A stretch of DNA of 64,000 nucleotides from Actinomycetota bacterium. GTDB lineage: Bacteria > Actinomycetota > Acidimicrobiia > IMCC26256 > JACDBD01. The DNA lies in contig JBQTGU010000018.1 of the NCBI GenBank assembly GCA_052390575.1, forward strand, positions 34,125 through 98,124, given 5' to 3'. How positions within the stretch are numbered: position 1 is the first letter of the stretch; each line of letters opens with the position of its first letter. The notes below the pieces were generated by a model, which saw only the letters and a program-made list of their open reading frames with translations, had not been told where the DNA came from and ran no database searches. Positions 1 through 8,139 of the stretch are shown in pieces. The translations under genes and the position numbers were made by a program.

Positions 1-890
1 TCGACGTCGTCGGGTGGCACGAGTACGGCCGCGTCCGCCAGCACCTCGGGGAGCGACGCGACGCGGGTCGCGACCACCGCCGCGCCGCACGCCATCGCCT
101 CTACCGGCGGGAGCCCGAAGCCTTCGTAGCGACTGGGGTAGGCGACGACGGTAGCGGCGCCGTAGAGCGCGGCGAGGTCGCCGCGGGGCACGTAGCCGAG
201 CGCCCGCGCCGACGACGGCACCGGCGTCCCCCACAGGGACGTCCCCACCAGCACCAACGGCACGCTGACGGTCGCGCAGGCCGTCGCCAGCCCGGCCACG
301 TCCTTGCGGGGCTCGATCGTGCCCACGTGCAGCACGAACCGGTCAGGCAGCCGGTACCGGCGGCGGACGCGCTCGACCTCGGGCGCGGCCGCCGGCGCGC
401 AGTCGGACGGCGGGGCCAGCGGCACGACGACGGCATCGCGCCGGAAGCGGGCCGAGATCCGATCGGCGGTGAAGCCGGAGTCGGCGATGACTGCATCGGC
501 GGACCGGATCGCATGACGAGCCTGGAGACGCTTCCCGGCCGCGCGACGTCGGCTGAACGCCCACGGCACGTCGAACACGGAGAGGTCGTGCACGGTCACG
601 ACCGTGGGCACGCGGGGCCGTAGCGGGAGGGACGCGTCCAATCCATGGAAGAGCGACGCGTCGCGGGGCGGGCGGGCGCCGGCCAGGGCGCGCCTCGCTC
701 CGGCCGCGACCGGGCGTACCCGGCGCTCCACCGTCGCGGGCAGCTCGTCCACCGCGTCGGCCTGCACGTCAGCCACGAGGTCGGCGTCGACCTGCTCGGG
801 GAGCACGGCGAGGAGCTCCCGTATGTAGGTGGAGACGCCCGCGCCGTCCGGTCGCAGCGCCAGCGCGTTCAGCGCGATTCGCTGACGCAC
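1..890 (-). CDS. Glycosyltransferase, GT-B fold (GT4-like); C-terminus runs off the window
   Basis: Absent from the ORF track because it has no stop in the window. My reverse-strand translation from GTG at 890 reads MRQRIALNALALRPDGAGVSTYIRELLAVLPEQ. Near the window edge it reads RYEGFGLPPVEAMACGAAVVATRVASLPEVLADAAVLVPPDDV, a GT4 C-terminal motif. The start overlaps the stop of the upstream gene (869). Confidence 0.8.
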   Translation of the reverse strand, partial: MRQRIALNALALRPDGAGVSTYIRELLAVLPEQVDADLVADVQADAVDELPATVERRVRPVAAGARRALAGARPPRDASLFHGLDASLPLRPRVPTVVTVHDLSVFDVPWAFSRRRAAGKRLQARHAIRSADAVIADSGFTADRISARFRRDAVVVPLAPPSDCAPAAAPEVERVRRRYRLPDRFVLHVGTIEPRKDVAGLATACATVSVPLVLVGTSLWGTPVPSSARALGYVPRGDLAALYGAATVVAYPSRYEGFGLPPVEAMACGAAVVATRVASLPEVLADAAVLVPPDDV

Positions 891-2293
891 GTGGCGACGA
901 CGGCGAGCAGGAGCCAGAAGTACGCGTCGAGCGGGAAGATCTCGAAGTAGGTCGCGACGAACGACACGGCCGCCGCCGCGAGGATCGAACCGGCGACACC
1001 GCTGGCGAAGGCACCGTCGACTCCGTCGAGGCGGTGAGCGGCGACGTGACTGGCCGAGAAGGTCGTGACGAAGAGCAGCACGAGCAGCCACAGCCCGATG
1101 ACACCCAGCTCGAGCGCGGTCTTGAAGTAGTAGTTGTCGGGCTGGAGGATATCGACCTCCTCGCCCTCGATCTCGGCCGCTTTCTCGGCCGCGCTGCCGC
1201 TCGCGCCGATCCCCATTCCGAGGGGATGCGAGCTGATCGCGCTGGTGTTCTGGCGCCAGATGTCGAAGCGCTCCTCGGAGCTGGACCGCGAAAGGAACGC
1301 GGCGCTGTAGCTCGTGACCAACACCAGCGCGACGATCCCGATGGCGACGAGGTGCGCGAGCGGGATGAGCAGTGAGCGGAACTTCGTCAGGGCGATGTAC
1401 GTGATACCGACCGCGATCCCGAGCCACGCCGCCCGCGTGACCGTGAACACGAGCCCGGCGCCGATCACGGGAAGCGCGAGGAGGAACAGCCGGTTCCGAC
1501 GGCGCTGCGGATCGGCGAGCGCGCACGGGACGCCGATCAGGACCGCCAACATCAGGAACAGCGCGAAGGGGAACGGCTGGTTGAACGTGGAGAAGGAACG
1601 GAGCGTGAAGCCGCTGGCGAACCGGATGGTCGAGTTGTACTCCCAGCCCAACTCGTTGAGCGTCGGATGGCCCAGCACCTGTTGCACGATGCCAAAGGCC
1701 GCGGTGACGACGCCGTTCACCATGATGATCGTGACCAGCCGGTCGCGCTCCGTCCGGTCGAGTGGACAGCGCCACACCGCCAGCGCGAGCAGCAGGTAGA
1801 AGAACCCGACCTTCACACCGACCAGGCCCTGGGTGCCGCCGACCGCGAGTGCCGACACCACGCCGAGGGCGGCGAACACGCCTGTCACCGCGACCCAGTG
1901 CGGCAAGCGGCGGCCCGATTCGGCCCGGGCCTCGTCGGGCGCGACGAACGTCGCCGCCAGGACCAGGAGCACGAGGGCTTCCTTCCAACCGGCGGGGAAC
2001 GGGACGACCTCCCGCAGCCCGTCGTACGGCAGGAGGGCAGCCAGGACGAGCACACCTCGTTGGGGCCGGACGAGGACCGCGGCGGCGGCGCCCACGAGCA
2101 CCAGGCCGAGCACGATGAGCACGAGCAGCGCCGCCGCGGAGCCGGGAACACCGGCAAGGACCGCGACGAGCGCGACATTCGCGGCGACCGCGGCCGCCAC
2201 CAGCGCGCGCCGCGGGCGCAGCCGCGTCACCCGGGTGATGGTCGAGGCGTTCACCGAGCGCGAAGCCCCCACATGCGCGCGCGAGACCCACAC
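869..2293 (-). CDS. O-antigen ligase / Wzy-like polytopic membrane protein
   Basis: 474 aa with about 10 or more hydrophobic segments and a larger loop in the C-terminal half, as in Wzy_C/O-antigen ligase family proteins. It sits in a glycan locus. The exact start is uncertain. Confidence 0.65.
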   Translation of the reverse strand: MWVSRAHVGASRSVNASTITRVTRLRPRRALVAAAVAANVALVAVLAGVPGSAAALLVLIVLGLVLVGAAAAVLVRPQRGVLVLAALLPYDGLREVVPFPAGWKEALVLLVLAATFVAPDEARAESGRRLPHWVAVTGVFAALGVVSALAVGGTQGLVGVKVGFFYLLLALAVWRCPLDRTERDRLVTIIMVNGVVTAAFGIVQQVLGHPTLNELGWEYNSTIRFASGFTLRSFSTFNQPFPFALFLMLAVLIGVPCALADPQRRRNRLFLLALPVIGAGLVFTVTRAAWLGIAVGITYIALTKFRSLLIPLAHLVAIGIVALVLVTSYSAAFLSRSSSEERFDIWRQNTSAISSHPLGMGIGASGSAAEKAAEIEGEEVDILQPDNYYFKTALELGVIGLWLLVLLFVTTFSASHVAAHRLDGVDGAFASGVAGSILAAAAVSFVATYFEIFPLDAYFWLLLAVVATCVSESR

Positions 2294-2349
2294 AACCGGG
2301 TTGACATCCGCAAAAACCGCATAGTCATGCAGTACCCTCGAACCCTGCC

Positions 2350-3642
2350 ATGGATCTCGTCGAGCATTTTCGGCTCATCTGGCGGAGGCGGTGGCTGATC
2401 CTCGGCGTCTCCATCGTGATCGCGGGCCTCGTGTTCGCGCGCAGCCGAACGCTGCCGAAAGTGTACGAGGCGACGGCCACGATCGACGTCATTCCCACCA
2501 CCGTTGACAGCGACGAGTCCTTCACCGAAGAGCAGGTCGGCCTGGCCACCGACCGGTTCGCCGCGCTCGCGGGCGCGACGACCGTCCTCGAGGACGCGGT
2601 CGAGCGCTCGGGCCTCGACATCGGCGTGGGCACCGCGCGGGGTCGGGCGTCCGCGAGCGGATCCTCGGACCCCGGTTTCGTCGAGGTGCGCGCCGAGGGG
2701 CCGTCGCCCCGCGCCGCCGATGCGCTCGCCGACGGCCTCGTCGACGCGCTCATCGAAGCTGCCGCCGGCGAGACGGCCCCGGACGCGGAACCGCCGCCGG
2801 GCCCCCGCGTCGTCTCGCCCGCGAGGGCGTCGTCCAGCCCCATCCGCCCCCAGCCGTCGCGGGACGCCCTGCTCGCCTTCCTGGTGGCGCTGGTGGTCAA
2901 CGCCGAGCTGGCCGCGCTCCTGGGCTTCCTGGCCGGGCGGCTCCCGGCGGGCCGTGTTCGGGAGGAGGTCGAGCGAGTGACCGACGTGCCGGTGCTGGCC
3001 CGCATACCGCGCCGGGGACGCGACGAGGTGGTCGAGGCGTTCCGAGAGCTGCGGGCACAGGTCGAGTTCGCCCGCGGAGACGTCGACGTGCGCAGCGTGG
3101 CAGTCACGTCGGTAGAGCCGGGCGCGGGAGCCTCGTTCGTCGCCCGCGGCCTGGCCCAGATCTCGGCCAACCTCAAGGCCTCAGTCGTGCTCGTGGACGC
3201 CAACCTGCGGCGCCCGTCGGTCGCGGCCGAGCTGAACCTTCCGCCGTCACCCGGGCTCGGCGACGTCCTACTCGGCACCCCGTTCGACCCGAGCCTGCTC
3301 CGGCAGGCAAACCCGCTCCAGACCCGCTTCCGGGTGCTCACCGCCGGGTTGGCCGTGCCCGACGCTCCCGGCCTCCTGGGCGCGGGCGCACTCCGCAAGC
3401 TCCTCGACCAGCTTGCGGACGCCGAGATCATCGTCGTCGACGCACCCGCGGTCACCGAGGTCGCCGACGCCCTCGTGATCGGCGCCCAGGTGGATGCGTC
3501 GATTCTCGTCGTCGACGCCCGCGCCACCCGGCGTCGGGTTCTCCACGACGCGGTGCGGCGCCTCACCCCGCACGCCCGGCTGCTCGGGAGCGTCGTGAAC
3601 CGAGACGATCCGGAACGACGGCCGCGGCGCTGGGCCCGCTGA
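2350..3642 (+). CDS. Wzz-type chain-length-determinant domain fused to a CpsD/Wzc-like P-loop domain with degenerate kinase motifs
   Basis: The N-terminus MDLVEHFRLIWRRRWLILGVSIVIAGLVF...YEATATIDV is a Wzz motif, followed by a second TM segment. The P-loop region reads VTSVEPGAGASFVARGLA, then VVLVDANLRRPS, then IIVVDAPAV. There is no C-terminal Tyr cluster. Confidence 0.75.
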   Translation: MDLVEHFRLIWRRRWLILGVSIVIAGLVFARSRTLPKVYEATATIDVIPTTVDSDESFTEEQVGLATDRFAALAGATTVLEDAVERSGLDIGVGTARGRASASGSSDPGFVEVRAEGPSPRAADALADGLVDALIEAAAGETAPDAEPPPGPRVVSPARASSSPIRPQPSRDALLAFLVALVVNAELAALLGFLAGRLPAGRVREEVERVTDVPVLARIPRRGRDEVVEAFRELRAQVEFARGDVDVRSVAVTSVEPGAGASFVARGLAQISANLKASVVLVDANLRRPSVAAELNLPPSPGLGDVLLGTPFDPSLLRQANPLQTRFRVLTAGLAVPDAPGLLGAGALRKLLDQLADAEIIVVDAPAVTEVADALVIGAQVDASILVVDARATRRRVLHDAVRRLTPHARLLGSVVNRDDPERRPRRWAR

Positions 3643-3671
3643 CCGACGGCTGGTCTGCCGCGGGACAGTCG

Positions 3672-4784
3672 GTGCGGGTCGCGATCGTCCACGAGCGCTT
3701 CACCATCTGGGGCGGCGGCGAGCGGGTGGTGCAGGAGCTCCACCGGATCTTCCCCGACGCGACCATCCACGCTGCGCTCGTCGACCGGTCCATGCTGTCC
3801 CCCGAGCTCGCCGACGCCGACATCCGATCGACCGGGCTCCAGCGCTTGTACCGAGGCCACGACCGCTACGCCCACCTTCTCCCGCTCCTCCCTCTCGCGT
3901 TCGCGCGCATGGACCTCTCCGGCGTGGATCTCGTGATCACCAGCCACTACGCCTTCGCCAACCGGGTGCGGCCGCCCCGGGGGGTGCCGGTCGTCGCCTA
4001 CACCCACACCCCCGCTCGGTGGATCTGGGACCGGGCGATGCGGGCGGGCGAGCGCGGTGGCCGCGCCGCCGGTCTCGTGTTGGGGGCGTTCGCCACGACC
4101 CAGCGCCGGGCCGACCGGGCCGCGGCCGGTCGCCTCCGGGCGATCGTGGCGAACTCGCGCAACGTCGCCGGCCGGATCGAACGGTGGTGGGGACGGTCTT
4201 CCACCGTGGTCCATCCCCCCGTCGACGTCGACTGGTTCACGCCCGACCCCGGCGTGCCGCGGGAGGACTTCTTCCTCGTGGCGGGGCGCCTCGTCCCGTA
4301 CAAGAAGCCGCTCGTCGCGATGGCGGCCGCGGAGCAGGCGGGCGTACGGCTCGTAGTCTCGGGCGAGGGCCGTCAGCTCGAGCTGGCCCGCGCCCGCGCC
4401 GGGCCCCGCATGGAGGTGCTGGGTCGGGTAGACGGCCCCACGCTGCGCGACCTGTACCGGAGGTGCCGGGCGCTGGTGTTCCCGGGCGAGGAGGACTTCG
4501 GGATGATCCCGGTGGAGGCACAGGCGTGCGGCGCGCCGGTCGTCGCGCGGGCAGCCGGAGGGGTGTTGGAGTCAGTCGACGAGACGACGGGCGTGCTCTA
4601 CCGGACGCCCGGAGACGGGCCCGGGGAGGTCACCGCGCTGGCCGACGCGCTTCGGCGATTCGATCCCGCCCGGTTCGATCCGGCGTCGATTCGCCAGCGG
4701 GCGGAGGCCTTCTCGGCGCCACGGTTTCGCGAGCAGTTCGTCGCCGCTCTCGACGATGCGGTGGGAGAGCCGTCCGGTCACTGA
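3672..4784 (+). CDS. Glycosyltransferase family 4
   Basis: GTG start. The N-terminus is MRVAIVHERFTIWGGGERVV. The C-terminus has FPGEEDFGMIPVEAQACGAPVVARAAGGVLESV, the GT-B E-x7-E region. Confidence 0.8.
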   Translation: MRVAIVHERFTIWGGGERVVQELHRIFPDATIHAALVDRSMLSPELADADIRSTGLQRLYRGHDRYAHLLPLLPLAFARMDLSGVDLVITSHYAFANRVRPPRGVPVVAYTHTPARWIWDRAMRAGERGGRAAGLVLGAFATTQRRADRAAAGRLRAIVANSRNVAGRIERWWGRSSTVVHPPVDVDWFTPDPGVPREDFFLVAGRLVPYKKPLVAMAAAEQAGVRLVVSGEGRQLELARARAGPRMEVLGRVDGPTLRDLYRRCRALVFPGEEDFGMIPVEAQACGAPVVARAAGGVLESVDETTGVLYRTPGDGPGEVTALADALRRFDPARFDPASIRQRAEAFSAPRFREQFVAALDDAVGEPSGH

Positions 4785-4799
4785 GTTCGGACGCGTCGA

Positions 4800-5945
4800 T
4801 CAGGCGGCGGCGTCTTTGAACGCGGTTAGCGCCGGCTCCTTCGGGGTCCCGTCGACCTTCACGAGCCCGAAGTTGTCCTCGCGGTCGTCCGGGTTCGTGC
4901 CCGCGTCACGGTACGAGTACCAGAACAGCGGCCCGGTGTAGGACCACGACTGCCAGGCGTCGAAGGCCTCGGTCACGTACGCGGCCACGTACTCGGGGGT
5001 CGAGCCGTTGACGGTCGGCGCGCCCATCTCGGTGCCCCAGATCTTCTTGGCGCCATCGCCGTGGTCGACCATCGTCTGGTGGAGCATCGGGGTCACGCCT
5101 CCGAAGGCGTTCCAGTTGTACTCCGCCTCGGGCTTCAACGGCATGTACGGGTAGTTGTAGGGGTGGTGGGCCACGGCGTCGAAGGAACCTCCGCCTCCCG
5201 CGCTGTACACCCGCTGCAGGAACGTCACCGGGGCGATCATGCTGCCGTCAGGGGCGTCGGGTGCGGGTGAGGTGCCACCGGTGATCACCGTCGCGCCGGG
5301 GTCGACCGCCTTGATCGCGGCGTAGGCCTGCTTGAGGAGGGCGGTGTAGCGGGCGGCGTCGGGCTTGGGGCTCCAGAACCAGTGGCTGTTGGGCTCGTTC
5401 CAGATCTCCCAGTCACGCACGCCCTGGGACTGGTAGCGCTGCACCGCCGCCCGGGAGAAGTTGGCGAAGTCGGCCGGGTTGTTGGGCGGGTTCTTGTCGG
5501 AGGTGCCGGCCGGGCGGGCCCAGGCGGGGGTGTAGGTGATGAGGCCGAGGACCTTGAGGCCGCGAGAGCGGATCCCGCTCACCACCCGGTCGATCGGGCC
5601 CCAGTTCCAGCTGGTCGGCCCGGGCTGGGCCACTCCCCAGTCGACGTCGACCCGCACGTACTCGGCACCGGCGGCAGCGATGCCGTCGAGGCGGGCGGCC
5701 AGCTCGGCGTCGCTGCCCCAGAGGAGCGACGAGCCTTCGGCGAAGCCGGCCCCGCCGACGAGCCCGCCGCCGCCGCCGAGCTGCGGTGCCGCCGGCAACG
5801 GCTCCGACTTGCCCGGGCCTCCGGCGCTGCCGCCGCCGGCCAGGGGGCCGCACCCCGCGACCAGCAGCCCCAGGGCCGTGATGGCAAATACTGCCAGTCG
5901 AGGCCGGCGTGTGGTTCGGGTCCCCTTCTCCTTCTCCGCTCGCAT
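4800..5945 (-). CDS. Secreted lipoprotein glycoside hydrolase (GH5/GH39-like clan GH-A, PslG-like role)
   Basis: Trimmed to the ATG at 5945 (MRAEKEKG...). Lipobox LLVAGC. WEIWNEPN is the acid/base Glu motif and IWGTEMG the nucleophile Glu motif. Confidence 0.7.
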   Translation of the reverse strand: MRAEKEKGTRTTRRPRLAVFAITALGLLVAGCGPLAGGGSAGGPGKSEPLPAAPQLGGGGGLVGGAGFAEGSSLLWGSDAELAARLDGIAAAGAEYVRVDVDWGVAQPGPTSWNWGPIDRVVSGIRSRGLKVLGLITYTPAWARPAGTSDKNPPNNPADFANFSRAAVQRYQSQGVRDWEIWNEPNSHWFWSPKPDAARYTALLKQAYAAIKAVDPGATVITGGTSPAPDAPDGSMIAPVTFLQRVYSAGGGGSFDAVAHHPYNYPYMPLKPEAEYNWNAFGGVTPMLHQTMVDHGDGAKKIWGTEMGAPTVNGSTPEYVAAYVTEAFDAWQSWSYTGPLFWYSYRDAGTNPDDREDNFGLVKVDGTPKEPALTAFKDAAA

Positions 5946-6100
5946 ACGGGGAGGGTGTCGACCACGTATGGTGGCACCTTGAATACATAGAGTGGGAAAA
6001 CCGCTCTGTGCACCCAATAAGGCGCGAAAGAGCTACGAGCGGTGATGCAACTGGGACGGATTGCTGCCTCGGCGCCCGGACGGGCGCCGGAGCGGAACGC

Positions 6101-7531
6101 CTAGTAGGCGCCCTCGCGGCGGAGGACCGCGCTGAAGGTCCGGCCGAGGATGGCGAGGTCCATGCTCGGCGACCAGTTGTAGATGTAATACAGGTCGAGC
6201 CGCAGCGATTCGCTCCAGGCCAGATCGGACCGCCCGCTCACCTGCCACAGGCCGGTGAGGCCGGGCTTCACGAGCAGGCGCCAGCGGGCGTCCTGGTCGT
6301 AGCGGGCGACCTCGCTCGGCACTGCGGGACGCGGGCCGACCAGCGACATCTCGCCCGTCAGCACGTGCCAGAGCTGGGGCAGCTCGTCGATGGAGAAGCG
6401 GCGCAGCCACTTGCCCACCGGGGTGCAGCGGGGGTCGTCGCGGATCTTGAACACCAGACCGTCGCGCTCGTTCAGGTGGCGCAGCTGGTCGAGGTCGGCC
6501 TCGGCGCCGACCACCATCGTGCGGAACTTGCGCATCTTGAACACCCGGCCACGGCGCCCGACCCGGTCCTGACCGAAGAGCACCGGGCCCGGACTGGTGA
6601 ACTTGACCAGGAGGGCGACGATCGCGAGCACGGGCGCCGCCAGGACGAGCAGCGCCGTGGCCACGACGATGTCCACCGCCCGCTTCACTGCTTCGGCTTT
6701 GAGCCTCAGGGCGGCGCGGCGCACCCGCTGGAGCGGGATGCCCCGCACGTCGTCGTTCTCCGGCCCGGCCCCGACCCCGATGTCGAAGAAGCGGGGCACG
6801 ACGTGCAGCTCGACGTCGTACTGGACTGCGATGCGCAGCACGTTCACGAGGTCGGCCTCGCGGCTCGGACCGAACGCCACGATCACCCGGTGGATCCCGC
6901 CCCGGTCGAGGAGCGGGCCGAGGCTGTCGACGTCGCCCAGCAGCGGAAGTGGGAGCTCGTCGTCGACGCAGTCGAGAAAGCCCAGGGCGTGCACGCCGTA
7001 CTCGGGGTGCTCCTCGAAGATGCGGGCGAGCTCGACCCCAATCCCGCCGGCCCCGAGGATGACCGTGCCTTCGAGCAGGTGGCCGTGGCGGCGAGCCTCG
7101 CGCACGACCCCGTAGGTCAGCGCCCGCCCGGCGACGACGAGCACCATGCCGACGATCACGAGCGCGAACACGGAGGGGTCGGCCCCCGTGAGCAGCGCCA
7201 CCGGTGCGACGAGCAGGAGCGGGATCGCCAGCCGCCCGATGAGCCACGGCGTCGCCTGGAGTGCCGACATGGTGATGCGCGAGCGGTAGCCGTCGGACGC
7301 CGCGATCGTCGCGATCGTGAGCGCGACGTAGGCGATGCCCAAGAACGACGACGCCGCGCGGGTCAGGAGGAGCGCGGCCGCCAGCGCGAGGCCGTCGTAC
7401 AGGCAGAGAAAGACCGGGACCGCCCAGCGCGCCCGGGTCGTGTGCCGAGCCGGGACGACCAGCGGCTCGGAGACCGTGAGCTCGGGCCGGGCCTCCCCGA
7501 GCTGCTCGAAGACGTGCGTCGCGACGGCCAT
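6101..7531 (-). CDS. Polyprenyl-phosphate hexose-1-phosphate transferase, WbaP/EpsB-type (large PGT)
   Basis: N-terminal TM block, a Rossmann-like middle (VILGAGGIG), and a C-terminal catalytic domain with KMRKFRTM, DELPQLWHVLTGEMSLVGPRP and KPGLTGLWQV. Confidence 0.85.
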   Translation of the reverse strand: MAVATHVFEQLGEARPELTVSEPLVVPARHTTRARWAVPVFLCLYDGLALAAALLLTRAASSFLGIAYVALTIATIAASDGYRSRITMSALQATPWLIGRLAIPLLLVAPVALLTGADPSVFALVIVGMVLVVAGRALTYGVVREARRHGHLLEGTVILGAGGIGVELARIFEEHPEYGVHALGFLDCVDDELPLPLLGDVDSLGPLLDRGGIHRVIVAFGPSREADLVNVLRIAVQYDVELHVVPRFFDIGVGAGPENDDVRGIPLQRVRRAALRLKAEAVKRAVDIVVATALLVLAAPVLAIVALLVKFTSPGPVLFGQDRVGRRGRVFKMRKFRTMVVGAEADLDQLRHLNERDGLVFKIRDDPRCTPVGKWLRRFSIDELPQLWHVLTGEMSLVGPRPAVPSEVARYDQDARWRLLVKPGLTGLWQVSGRSDLAWSESLRLDLYYIYNWSPSMDLAILGRTFSAVLRREGAY

Positions 7532-7566
7532 GTCAGCCCCGGGGAAGCCTCACGCGGACGCTGAAA

Positions 7567-7893
7567 TCAGGTCTCGACCCGCGCCGGACGGCGACCGAGT
7601 CGGACCATGACCACACCGGCGCCCGTGATTCCGAGACCGATCAGGGTGAGACCCGCGATCTGACCACCGGTCACGGGGAGCGACCCGCCCCCACCGGACG
7701 TCTCGGTCGTGCTGGTGCCACCGGCGGTGGGCTGCGACGCCGTGCTCGGCACGGTGGGCGTGCTACTGGGCGTGGGGTAGGGGTCCCCGCCCTGCTGGGC
7801 CAGCGCCACCGCCGGGAGCATGACGCCCGCGGCGACGGTCCCGGCTGCCAGCAGCCGGAGAGCCCGCTTCTGAATCCTGCTCGTGCTTCTCAT
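7567..7893 (-). CDS. Small (108 aa) secreted Pro/Ser/Thr/Gly-rich protein with LPXTG cell-wall sorting signal
   Basis: Signal peptide ending AVALA|QQ, then low-complexity PTPSSTPTVPSTASQPTAGGTSTTETSGGGGS. This is followed by LPVTG, the hydrophobic helix GQIAGLTLIGLGITGAGVVMV, and the tail RLGRRPAR. Confidence 0.7.
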   Translation of the reverse strand: MRSTSRIQKRALRLLAAGTVAAGVMLPAVALAQQGGDPYPTPSSTPTVPSTASQPTAGGTSTTETSGGGGSLPVTGGQIAGLTLIGLGITGAGVVMVRLGRRPARVET

Positions 7894-8139
7894 GCGCCCC
7901 TCTTATCGTCCTCGTGCCTCGGTCACTCGAGGGCCTTCTGCCCCCAGCAGCCCCCAGCCCGCCCCCAACGAGTCCGCCTTGCAGCGGTTGTCACGGAGCG
8001 TAGCAGAAAGGTCCCCGGTTGAGAAGAGCGGAGAGTGGTCAAACGCGGGGGAGCTTGTTGATATTACGGGGTGTTTCGGGCAAAAGGGACGACCACTCGG
8101 CGCGTTCAGCGACCGCGGAGGGGCCGATTCGGGCTCTGG

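Noticed and set aside
2294-2349. A consensus TTGACA hexamer (2301..2306) in the 56-nt divergent gap as a promoter call.
   Set aside because: No acceptable -10 hexamer lies at 16-18 nt spacing on either strand (TAGTCA is only 15 nt away), so the evidence is too weak to annotate.
7894-8139. The 246-nt gap between DUF4012 and the LPXTG mini-gene as a possible riboswitch or sRNA (contains GGCAAAAGGGACGACC and an AT-rich TTGATATTACGG patch).
   Set aside because: I could not match any riboswitch consensus on the relevant (minus) strand. It is most simply a promoter plus 5' UTR, and is left unannotated.
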